From: Lama guanicoe
Lineage: Eukaryota
Assembly: GCA_013239625.1 (NCBI GenBank)
Contig: MU054925.1
Coordinates: 3,232,829-3,296,828 of the forward strand
DNA length: 64,000 bases
Direction of reading: 5' to 3'
Shown here: one piece after another, positions 1 through 11,800 of the stretch
How the letters are laid out: every line of letters starts with the position of its first letter
Position numbering within the stretch: the first letter of the stretch is position 1
Notes under the pieces: generated by a model
What the model saw: only the letters and a program-made list of their open reading frames with translations
Databases searched by the model: none
What the model was told of the DNA's origin: nothing
Made by a program: the position numbers and the translations under genes

Positions 1-150
1 CATTTGGAGTGGGCCCACATGGTGCAAGATGGGTGCCCTGCCCTGGAGGCACAGAGTGAACAAGACAAAGTCCTGCCCCTGTGGGGCTTACAGCTGAAGA
101 GGGAGAAGGCCGTTGACCAAACAAGCATACTAACAAGTTATCATTGCCGC

Positions 151-636
151 TGTGAACGAAAAATACTGCAAACCACATCAGTAAACAAAGAATGCTGAAG
201 CCATCAAGTCATCAGCCGCTGCTGCCATCCCACAGCAAAGACCAGCTGCAGCCCGGCCTCTGCAGCCACTCACAATGTTGCACTCTGAGGGGACTCAGAA
301 TAAGAAAGGACAGGCTACTGGCCCTAGATAGCTAGGTGCTTGTCAAAGGAATGAATTCAATGAGCCCAAATGTTTGCTTCCTCCCATATATAGAAAAGTG
401 CTAAATACTTTAACTTGAGATATCTGGTTTTCTTAAGTTAATAAATAATCTTTTAATGTTCCAACTACCTGGTCTTTGTTGTAAAGCTCCTAGATATCCT
501 AGCTCCTCCCCTACCTCTTCGGAGCAGTCCCTCGGAGTAATCTGAGAGGCTGTCATCCCGGGCTGAGTCCTCAGAATTGTCCACTGAATAAAACATAACT
601 CTCAACTTTAAGGTTGTGCATTTATTTCAGTTGACA
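151..636 (+). mobile_element. Solo LTR, ERV1-class (MER41-like, family uncertain)
   Basis: Starts TGTGAACGAAAAATA and ends TATTTCAGTTGACA (TG...CA, imperfect terminal inverted repeat). Identical 4-bp flanks CCGC at 147-150 and 637-640. AATAAA at 587-592 about 45 nt before the end. AT-rich relative to flanks. A 4-bp TSD is typical of ERV1. Confidence 0.8.
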
Positions 637-2784
637 CCGCTGAGGGCAATGCCATGCAGAAAAGTCACCAGGTCCAGCCTGGACCTCCAGCAGAGGTTGT
701 CTCGAGCAATTATTGCATGAGCTGAAGTTTGAAGGAAAATTTCTTCAAGGCAGAGAGAGCAACCATGTGCTAAGGCCCAATGGACTTGTTTTGTGACTTC
801 ACCTCCACACTGCAGTGTGAATTCCCTGAGCACTAGGCTGGGCCTGCCAGCTTCAACACCCCAAACCCAGCAGTTGGCATGGGGTTGGCACATGGCAGGT
901 GTGAATGGATGAACCAGGGGCTGATGAATGAATGGGTGAAAGATTACCCACCTACATGGATCAGGAAAAAGCCTCTATGGCTGCAGCTGAGAGTCACAGA
1001 GGGCCACGGGCTGAGTGAGATGGAAGGGTCAATAGGGGCCAGACCATGGAGGACCTGAGTAGGTATAAGCAGTAAATGAATTAGGACACAAAAGATGAGG
1101 AGAAGTGGGCCAGGTGCTAGTCACTGTTAGCGCTCTGCATACCCTTTCTCCTCCCCAGGTCATACAAATGTGTTTCTAGCACCTTCTATGAAGCAGGCTG
1201 GGTGCTAGCCATCTCCTAACAACCCAGTCTTGATCTTGCCATGTACTTGCTCAAAATACCATTGTTTCCTACACAAAGAACAGGTCACTTTCAGACCCAT
1301 CCCAAACCACTTCCCAGCCTCCCTCCCCACTCTCTTCACACAGACACCTGAACCTTTCCCAGTGGCGCTTCACACTTACCCATCTGCTTTTCTCTTCCTG
1401 TCCCCCCACCCTCACTTCCTTCCCAAGCGCAGCTCTGTTTCCCAGACACCTCCTCCGGGAGCCTTCTTCAAGGCCCTGTGGGAGATGGGCTTCACCTCTT
1501 CCAGATTTCTACAGCTTCCTCAGGCTCCTCTTTAGCTTCTGGCCACTCCTGGGATTCACTGGGCTTCCTCTAACTTGTCTGACTCATTTTCCCAAGGCAT
1601 CAGCTCACTGAATGCATCAAGGCACTTGAGTTTTGTCATTATGGTCCCTGGCACTGCCCAGCCCAACACAGGGCTCAGTCAATCCTGTGCAGGAAATCAG
1701 CAGAAACCCCAACGTATAATTTCATGTTGAGCCCTCTCATCTTCCATAAAGGCCAGAAAACAGGCCAGAAGGGCATTTCTGGCCTGGGGACAATAAACCT
1801 TTTCCCAGTAGTTGCTTTGTGAGACAAAGTCCAGGACAAGCAAACAGATCAAACAGGCCTCTGAGCCCTGTCACCATATTGGGGTCATGGCCACCAGTCT
1901 ATCCTAACCAGGGCCACAGAGTGGATTGACCAGGGGTCATGTCTGTCCAGTGTGCTGAGACTTATGAGGGTCAGGGAGGGTTTGTGCATAAAAATTAAGA
2001 AATTGCAGGTACGAGATGAGTCTCTAGGGTCTTTGACTGCTTCTCTCTTCTTCCTAATAATGCAGAGGGCCTACCTGTCGTTAACAGAACAGGCTTGGGC
2101 CTTGGGGTCTGAAAGGTCTGAGTTTGAATACCTGCTCTTTTACTTGTTGTGGGACCGATGTCCCAGGGACACCATGAGGATAAAATTAGATCATAAAGGG
2201 CTTAGAGCAACACATGGCTCATAATCTGCTCTCCATCACAAAAGCATGGCATTCATCTTTGTCTTCACCATACCTGCCAAGCACCCCTGCCCACAAGGAA
2301 CAATGAGGCTTACTTCCACTCTTCTTTCCAAATCTGGGCAAGAAGGTCCAGAGAGGTAAAACAACTGTCCTAAAGCATGGGTCACCAATTATGCACCCAT
2401 TATGAACTACTAGAGTTGGTGCCATCAGAAAGAAGGGTGTGGGCAGACACGTTCCAAGCCACTGTGTCTCCTTCCCGGGCCAAAGTGGGACCGTCCAAAA
2501 ATTTTGCTCCTGCTTAAAGGATTTTGAAAGTAACACCTAATGAAGCTGAGAAATCCATTTTTAAACTGTGGCTTCTTGACTCCTGCCACCGTGTCACTGG
2601 TGTTGCCCCTGTGCCAGACCCAGGAATAAATGAGCCATCTGGGTCTTCACAGTTCACGTTGGCTGAGTGCAGTCTACACCAAGGGGCACAGTCTGAGTCT
2701 GGTCAGGAGTTTACACAACTGAGAACCACACCCACCCCCCCAACCAAGGAGAAAGCTTTCACTGTCAATTTCTGATCTCCCAAG

Positions 2785-2850
2785 TATAATATTTGCCTTT
2801 ACCTTGTCTAATGTTTAATCCATGTTTATCCAGCATTTTATTGATTACTG
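2785..2850 (+). promoter_or_regulatory. ITIH1 proximal liver promoter motifs (HNF1-like, FOXA-like)
   Basis: GTCTAATGTTTAATC at 2806-2820 resembles the HNF1 consensus GTTAATNATTAAC. TATTTGC (2790-2796) and TGTTTAT (2824-2830) resemble forkhead cores. All lie 60-100 nt upstream of the ATG. Motif match only. Confidence 0.5.
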
Positions 2851-2892
2851 GTCTGAGTGAAGTGACAAGGCAGCAGAAGGAGCCTCGAGACC

Positions 2893-5800
2893 ATGGACGG
2901 CACCATGGGGCTGCGGGGGCTGTTCTGCCTGTGCCTGGTGTCCCTCCTTGCCCTGCAGGCCGTGCCTGCTCAGGAGTCACCCACAGGCAGTCCCAAAGGC
3001 ATCAAGGTATGTGGGTAAACCTTTGGGTTAGGAACAGGCAGCTGAGCCTGGATGGGGCCCCAGGGACTGAGACTATCCCCACCTACCTCGACTTCCTCAG
3101 AACGGAGAGGAGACCTCCCAGCAGCATGCAAGAGGGGAGCAGAGGCTGTGTCCCACTTCCATCCCTTAATAGGTAGGGTATGGTCCTCTGTGCATTCACA
3201 TTCACATTTGCCTTGCTTTTGTTTTACAGAAGCGACAGCCTGTGGACACAGTGAGTGAGAGTCTTGGCAAACGGGTCTGTGGTAGGGCCATTATTATGCC
3301 TATGTCCCCCACACCCTGCTTCAGGGGTGTGTGCCTGGGCAGAGGGACTTCTGTCTCCTGGAAATGGGGGCTTTCCCACCCACCTCAAGCCCCACGGCCC
3401 AGTCTCAAGCATCAAGAGCGGCCCCCATGTGAGAGCTGGGTGCCGAGGTGTCTCATGGCTCAGAGGCCCCATCCCAGGTCACCTCCCTCCCATTTCACTT
3501 TAGAGTGTCAACGGTGTGGTCATCCGGAGTTTGAAAGTCAACTGCAAAGTCACCTCTCGCTTTGCCCACTATGTCATCACCAGCCAAGTGGTCAACAGTG
3601 CCAATGAAGCCAAGGAAGTGGCCTTCGATGTGGAAATCCCCAGGACAGCCTTCATTAGTGACTTTGCCATGTGCGTGCCCCACCTGGCTCACCAGGCCCA
3701 CCCTGAGACCATGGCTCAGCATGGCCAGATAGCGCAGTCCACCCCCTTAGCCCCAAGGGCCACAGGCCACCTCCAGCTCTGAGGTCCAGAAAAACCCTTT
3801 AGGTCTGCTTTGGGCTCCCATCTTGGAGAGCAAACTGGAGTCTCTGACAGTCTGTTTTCAGCCTAGGGCGCAAGGAACAAAGGCAGTACCCATGGCTTCT
3901 TGCTGGACCCTATGACCCCCATCTCCCAGCCGTGGGGCCCCTGAGCAACTCTTGGGGCAGTGGGAGGCTCCTCAGCACCCAGGGCTGGGAGCTCCCCTGA
4001 TACAAAGGCCCTGTGTGGTCAGGGAGGGGCACCTCCCTGAGGGCTTCTTCCCCACTGTAGCACAGCAGATGAAAACACATTTGTTGGGGACATAAAGGAC
4101 AAAGTGACTGCCTGGAAGCAGTACCGGAAAGCAGCCATCTCAGGAGAGAACGCCGGCCTCGTCAGGTGAGCTCTGGGCCCTGCTGGCCCAGTCTCTGGTG
4201 CTGCCTCCCCGCCAGGAAAGAGCTGAGGGCTGCCAGGTGGTCTTGGGTAGAGAGCCGCCCCAGGCTGATGGGCAATGAGCAAACAGCCCAAACCCACTGC
4301 TGCCACAGGTTGGTGTTGACCTGCCGTCTCCCAGACCCACCACTGGAGAAGTGGGGCCTGACCCAGACCAGCCGGCTAAGACAAGGGCGCAGGTCAAGGA
4401 AATCTGGGAGCATCCCTAAAATAAGAGAAGTTGATTCTGAGGACCATGCTTTAGGTGACAAGGACCCAAGTCATTTACCTTTTGCCTGTCTGTTGTTGCC
4501 CTTGGTGGCATGTCCAGGGCCTCGGGGAGAACGATGGAGCAGTTCGCCATCCACATCACTGTCGGTCCCCGGAGCAAGGTCACGTTCCGGCTGACCTACG
4601 AGGAGGTGCTGAGGCGACGGTTTATGCAGTATGACATCATCATCAAGGTCAAGCCCAAGCAGCTCGTGCAGCATTTTGAGGTAGATCGCAGGTGACCACA
4701 CGCAGGGGCGAGGTCGCAGGATCTGAGCCCCTGCCACTCCCTCACTGTGGCTCCAAGCGTCGGTTTGGCACCCATGTGCTGTCCCAGGCCTGAGCATGCA
4801 GGGAGGGGGACTGGCTCCTCATAGGGGCTCTGATGGCTCTTCGTGGGCAGGGAACTCCCTGAACCTTCCAACCTCTTCCTTCTCTCTGAGCCTTGGCTTG
4901 CTCAACTGTTATAAATGAGGGTTCTGCCTGTCCCAGGACTGCCACAGGGATCATGAGAGATATTGAATGTTCAGGTAGTTTGTAAACCAGAAAGTCTGGA
5001 GCAGCCTGAGGGGCTGTTGGTGTCGCTGGCACCTTAGTGGTGGTGGAACTGAGGGGCACAGGCATGCACACCTTCATTTGGCCAATGTTTTTGGAGTGCC
5101 TATGTCATGCCAGGCCCTATGCTGAGAATTGGGTGGATGGTGCACACAGGAGGTGGCCGGGATAAACGTAGGCTCTTGGCTGAGACTTGATGATGGCTCC
5201 CCAGTGGGAGCCTTGGTGCAGGAATTGCTTCAATGCCACAGATTGACGTAGACATCTTCGAGCCCCAGGGGATCAGCAAGCTGGATGCCCAGGCCTCCTT
5301 CCTCAGCAAGAAACAGGCAGCCCAACTGATCAAGAAGTCCTTCTCAGGGAAAAAGGTGTGTGGGATGGCTGGGGAGTGGCAAGCCCTCAGGGACTTCTCA
5401 TCTTGGCCCAACCAAGCAGGGGATGCAGGCCAACCTAGGGGTGAGAGATGGGGGAACTCCACCCTCCTAGCTCTCAGAGCACTTGGCCAAAGCCTGTGTG
5501 CTGAGGCTGGGGAGGGTGCTGACGCCGGCTGCCTGGTCTGGGGTGAGTTGCTGGCTTGCCTGATGGTTCAGTTTCCTCTTTTGCCTGTGAGAAAGCATTC
5601 AGGGGAATATAGGGCATGCGTGCAAACTTCAGGTGCTGTTGTGATCAGGATTCCAAGCTCTAGTGTTCTTGGAAACACGATTAAGTTTGGAAAGACCTTT
5701 GGCCTACCAGCCACTTGCCACTCATCACTTTCCACCTATCTGCAGGAATTCCAGAAGTCCCCTGCTTGGTCCTATCCCGGGTACCAGAGGAGTGTGGCAC

Positions 5801-8800
5801 ACGGGTGGGTGATACCAGCTAGTGCCCTAACTTGCACTCAACTGGAGCCAGGAGCAAACTGTTTATTTCCCACCCACTTTTGGTAGTGACTCCATAACAA
5901 CTCACTTAAAAGAAGTGTTTCTCAGTTTTGGAGGGGTTCCTTTGAAACGAAATATGATACCTTAAGTGGGGAAGTTATAGCTCAGTGGTAGAGTACGTGC
6001 TTAGCATGCATGAGGTCCTGGGTTCAAGCCCCAAAACCTCCATTTAATAAATAAATAAATCAATAAGCCTAATTTCCTCCCCCCCCAAAACAACAACAAC
6101 AACAGATCTGACACCCCAGAGTGTTAGCAAACAGGCTTGCTTTTAGTAGAGGGCCAAGGGGATGAGTCTTTGTCTTCCTCATAATTCTTTCCAAACAATT
6201 ATTAAATGAGCATATCTTACTTTTATACCAAACAAGAAGTGAAAATAAAAAGCTCTTTAAAGAAAATGTACAGAAATGTATCGAGGACAAACCACTCTTA
6301 ATTTCCCTGAGCCCCAGCACCAAGTCCAGCCAGACCTCACCTCCCACTCTGGGCCTTCCTTCCAGCACCTGCTTTTGGTCTATCCAGGCAGGTTCCATTT
6401 TCCAGCACAGTGCCATAGATTTGCTTTTTTCACTTGACAGTTTGAATTGACCAATGTCTCTTGGGCTCTCATGCGCTATTATTTTGTTTATATCATGTAC
6501 CCAAAGTGATGATGCTCACTGTAGAAAGTCCCAGTAATTCAGAAGCATCTAAGAAAAGAAACAGGTCTTCTCTCCCACCAGCTACAGGGGTGTACCTCCC
6601 ACCAGACTCATTCCTATGCCTATGCAACACACACACACACACACACACACACACATCTTATGTTGTCACAAGTAATGCATCACACCCTTGCTGGTTCCAG
6701 GGTCACGTGCTCTTCCGCCCCACAGTGGGCCAGCAGCAATCTTGCCCTTCCTGCTCTACGACCTTGCTGAAAGGGGACTTCAAGGTGACCTATGATGTCA
6801 ATCGGGACAAGCTCTGCGACCTCCTGGTGAGCCAGAAGCTTCCAGCCCAAGCCTCAGAAGGCCGGCAAGGGAGCTTGGGAGAGAGGCCTCACTCATCCCT
6901 TTGTGTTTCAGGTCGCCAATAACCACTTTGCCCACTTCTTTGCCCCCCAAAACCTGACGAAACTGAACAAGAATGTGGTTTTTGTGATTGACATCAGCTC
7001 CTCCATGGAAGGCCAGAAATTGAAGCAGGTAAACTGTGCTTCCCCTAAATGGTTAACCCAGCAGAAGCTTCTTCAGCTCCATCACCCACCCCACACTGGT
7101 TTTGTCTCCAGAGTCTTGGTTTGGGCTTTCTGCTCCTGGTCATAGGCAGGTTGATTTAATTGGAAATCCTGGTGGGGGGCTCTGGAATCAGCCACTTCCT
7201 CCCTGTGCAACAGAGGGCGAGAGCATTCCCTTCCCCTCAATGGCAAAAAATGGGCATGTTGACAGTTCCCACAGGGTCATGGGGCTGACCAGTGGGAGTG
7301 TGCTTGGAAGTGGAGACCTGCACCCTAGGCGAGCGGGGTTGATGACAGTGGTCCATGGAAGATGGCTCACAGCAGGGCACAGCCCACTCCCACAGCACTC
7401 GGCGTACCCTGGGGTGCAGTGAAACCATGGCTGGACAAGCAGAGTTTTAGAAACGCAGCCCCTTGGGGTCCTCTGTCTTAATCCTGCCCCACTCGAACTC
7501 CTGGTCATGTCCTCTCCCCACACTGGATCCCTTGACATTATCCATCCCCCTCAGATACCCCAGGGCCCAGCAGGACGCCTCTCTCCTGGCACCACCTGGC
7601 TGTCCTGTCCAACCCCTCCTGCTTGTCCACTATGTAACTCTACCCTGTGGACCTCTGAAATGGGTATCTGGAGGTGACAGGAGGCACTATCCTGGGGCCC
7701 TGTCCCTCTACTGACTGTCCTGTCCTTACAGACCAAGGAGGCACTCCTTAAAATCCTGGGGGACATGCGGCCAGGGGACTACTTCAACCTGGTCCTCTTT
7801 GGGTCTGCAGTGGTGTCATGGAGGGACTCGCTGGTGCAGGCAACCGCTGCCAATCTGGACGCGGCTCAGAACTTCGTGCGGCGTTTCTCCCTGGCCGGGT
7901 GTAAGGGCAGGGGTCTGGGGCCACCTTGATGTCACCTCTGTCCTCTCAGATTGAGGGCATACACTGATCTTCTTTCTCTTTTTTTACAGCTACAAACATG
8001 AATGATGGTTTGCTCCAGGGAATTGAGATCTTGAACAAAGCTCAGGGAAGCCTCCCAGAACTCAGCAACCATGCCTCCATTCTCATCATGTTGACAGATG
8101 GCGAGCCCACAGAGGGTAAGTGCCCCGAGGGCCACCTTGGGAGGTGGTGATCTCTACATTACCAAAGGCATTCAAGCTGAACTTGGAAACCCAACCACTG
8201 GGGATGCTGTCAGGGGTAGAAAGGCTCAGGGTAAAGCCAAGCAAGCACTGGTCTAAAAACAGTTCAGATCATAAAGTCTGCAGGAGCTCCAAGGTGTTCT
8301 TCTGTCTTGAGTTGGGAAACGGGAAGTTTCTGCATGACACAGGGTTGCACAGGGCCCAGGAGGACAGGCAGGACTCCTAGGCTGAGTTTAATGAACTATG
8401 TATTCAGCACCGACTGAGTGCCAAGCATGGAGTTAGGGACTAAAAAGAGATACTAAGAGAGCAAGACACGTCTCTGCCCTTAAGGAGCCCACTGTCCACT
8501 GGGGGAGGCAGACCCAGGAGCAGATGCTCTGTCAGGATCCCCGAAAGAACAGGGTGCTACGAGGCTGTAGAACCACAGAAAAGAGACACCTGGGCCAGGC
8601 AGGGTCCCAGCAGTCCTCCTGGAGGAGGTGACCCCGGAGCTCAGTCTGGATGGAGGAGAGAAGCAGGAAGGGATCTCTAGCAGAAGGGGCAGCTTGAGCA
8701 AAAAAAGGTTTGTGCACCGGCAGGGCCTGCCCAGGAACTGCAGGCATGTGCAGAGTAGGTGAAACAGAGTGGAAAGGTCAGCAGGACCTCACAGGCCATG

Positions 8801-11800
8801 GCGAGGAGCCGTGGGAGGGTTTAGAGCATAATCAGATTCATGAAGATGAGCAAAGTCTGCGAGGAGCTGTTAGTAGCTGTTGTAGTCACGCAGGAGACCC
8901 AGTGAGAGGCACTGCCTCAAGATGCCAGTGGGGGCTGGAGATGATCTGAGATGAGAGGCTTGGTCCCAGGGAGTGTGTCCCAAAGATCTCTCATGCCCCA
9001 CATGCCTGTGATCTGGTATCCCTTCCCTACCTGGATGTGTGGCTGCAGGGGTGACGGATCGTTCTCAAATCCTCAAGAATGTCCGCAAGGCCATCCGGGG
9101 CAGGTTCCCGCTCTACAACTTGGGCTTCGGCCACAACTTGGACTTGAACTTCCTGGAGGTCATGTCCCTGGAGAACAACGGACGTGCCCAGAGGATCTAT
9201 GAAGACCATGATGCCACCCAGCAGCTGCAGGTCTCCTCCTCCCCGAGCCCCTTGATGCACAGCATGCCACGGGAGCACAGCCTTGGCAGCCATATACCCA
9301 TCAGCCTAGAGGAACAGATAAAACTCTGGCGGGGGTGTGAATTAGCTGTGTGACATCAAGCCAGTTACTTAAATTCTAAGCCTGTGATCCTGACACCCCA
9401 TTTTGTGAGTGGGTTTCCTGTTAGATGTCTAGGGTAACCCACTGGCTCTGATGCTGCACCCCCCACCACCCCTGCAGGGTTTCTACGACCAGGTAGCCAA
9501 CCCCTTGCTGACGGATGTGGAGTTGCTGTACCCCTGGGATACCGTCTCAGCCCTGACCCAGCACCACCATAAACAGTACTATGAAGGCTCGGAGATCATG
9601 GTGGCTGGGCGCATCGCTGACCACAAACTGAGCAGCTTCAAAGGAGATGTGCGGGCTTACAGGGTAAACAGTGAGCGGTGGAGGGTGGGGAAGCTGGGCA
9701 GCACCCAGAAGCTCCAAACCCACACTGCTCCCCACCCCGTGCCCCCAGGGGCCTCTCTTTCCCCAGAGTAGTGCCCTCACCCTACCATGCCACCCCCCCT
9801 CACAGGCGAACATTCCTCCAATGCAGGCGTCCTGGAGGCAGGCTAGAGTGGGGCCTACGTGGCCTTGACTAGTTTTAGTCCCTTGGCCCCAGATGGACCA
9901 CCTGTTACTCCTCACATTATTCCTCCAAAAGCACGAGACAGCAAGAGGCCAGCCTCTTCATTCTCAAGTGACAGCCATTTCCTAAGTATCTCCTATGCCT
10001 GCAGCTTTGTGCAACAGTGCAGAGTGTGTGTGCATGTGCACACTGGGGGATCACGGGTGTGTGAGAGCTGGACCTGCCCTGCAGGGCATGCACACTAGCC
10101 GTCCAGTGTGGTAGAGGGTTCAGAACTCTGGCTCTGAGTGAGGACCACTGAGCTAGACTTTGGCTCCACTCTGACCAGCTGGGTGATCTTGATCAAAGGG
10201 GTCCAGCTCTCTAGGCTTTTCTGTACCACCGGGGTAACACTGCACTAGAAAGCTGTGTGGAGGAAATTAAAGAATCCATTTAATATACTTATGCCATGCC
10301 TTGTGCATGCAATGCCCTTGGGAAGTGGTGCATGCCTCCATTATTGTAGCTGGGGAGGAAAGACACATTCTTGTGCTGTGACAAGTTGAATGGTGCCCAG
10401 GGACATGGTGGGCATTTGGAGGTGTGAGGTGTGGTGGCAACAGCTACACCGTGGAGTGGCCGGGTGCTTCTTGGCATCCCCCAGAGACAGTAATTCCATG
10501 AGGGCAGGGCTAGTCCTCCATCCCTGGGATCCCCAGGGCCTCGGCCAACTTGGCTCCTAGAAGGGGCTTAGCACTTTTGCTGGCAGGAGTGGATGGATGA
10601 GGATGAGGAGAGCAGGCTCAGGAAAGGTGGGAGGTGGGTGCTAAGAATGGAGCTACAGAGACCAGACAACAGTGGGGCCCCTCAGAGCCCTCCATGGTGC
10701 ACAGCCTCTCACCCCATCACCTCCCTCAGGAGGGCCAAGAATTCAAGACAACCTGCCTGGTGGATGAGGAAGAGATGAAGAAACTGCTCCAAGAGCGGGG
10801 CCACATCCTGGAGAACCATGTCGAACGCCTATGGGCCTACCTCACCATCCAGGAGCTGCTGGACAAGCGGTATGAGCCCAGTGGCTGCTGGGCTAGTGGG
10901 GTGGTGGTTGGAGACAACCACCACCCCAGAGCACCCTCAACCTCTGGGCCTTTGGACTGAGAAGGGGCGGTTCTGGGCCTTCGAGGTTGCAAGCGGGTCA
11001 GATATACTGTCCTCCAACTTTGCTTGCTAAGTTAATATCAACCAGGCAGTCAATAGCGTGGGCAGGCCTACGAGGGGCATAGGGCAGCCCACTGTTTCCC
11101 CTACTGAGCTGCAGTCAGGGAGGCTGCCCTTTACTGGGGGGGGCTACTGTTTCCAGACACTCATTGAATCCTCACAACATGCTGAGCAAGCCCAGGCTCA
11201 GAGAGGTTAGACCGCTTGCCAGAATCTCAGATCTGTTAAATTCTCTGTATATTTCTGAGGCAGCTCCCCATTCTGAGGCAGCTCCCCAAGCCTGGCCAGA
11301 TCTCCAGGTTTTCTCTGTGAGAGGTCTTTAAACCATGAGGTCCTTGAAGACAGCCCCCAAACGGGGCGCTGCAGGTGCTTAGTGCAGGTTTGTTGCATAA
11401 GTGAACAAAGGACTGAAAGGATGAGGGAGTGCAAGGTCAACTGTTGTCCAAGCTGTGGGCTTGGGGCCAGCGTCTATCTCGCAGGATGAAGCTGAAGGGG
11501 GAGGAGAAGGCCAACGTGTCAGCCAAGGCCCTGAAGATGTCAATGGACTATCAGTTTGTGACCCCGCTGACCTCCATGACCATCAGGGGCATGGCGGACC
11601 AGGACGGCCATGAGCCCATCATTGACAAGCCTCTGGAGGGTATGGGCTCTGCAGAGGGGAGGCTGTGGGTGTGCAGAGTCTTCTGAGAGCCAAAAACCCC
11701 TGAGCTTTAATTCTCTTTCCTTTCTTTCCTTTCCAGATTCTCCACCCTTGGGTGAGTTTTTAAATCATGTTGATTTTTCATGAGGGGCTTCAGGTGGCCA

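Noticed and set aside
5968-6042. Apparent tRNA-Ala(AGC) gene (also at 18742-18816)
   Set aside because: Both copies carry the same non-tRNA tail and A-rich end, one has a perfect TSD, and stem mismatches are present. They are SINEs, not tRNA genes.
6760-6785. ITIH1 and ITIH3 both read LLKGDF in exon 7, suggesting gene conversion
   Set aside because: Synonymous positions differ (TTG CTG AAA GGG GAC vs CTC CTC AAA GGA GAT) and the introns are unrelated, so there is no conversion tract.
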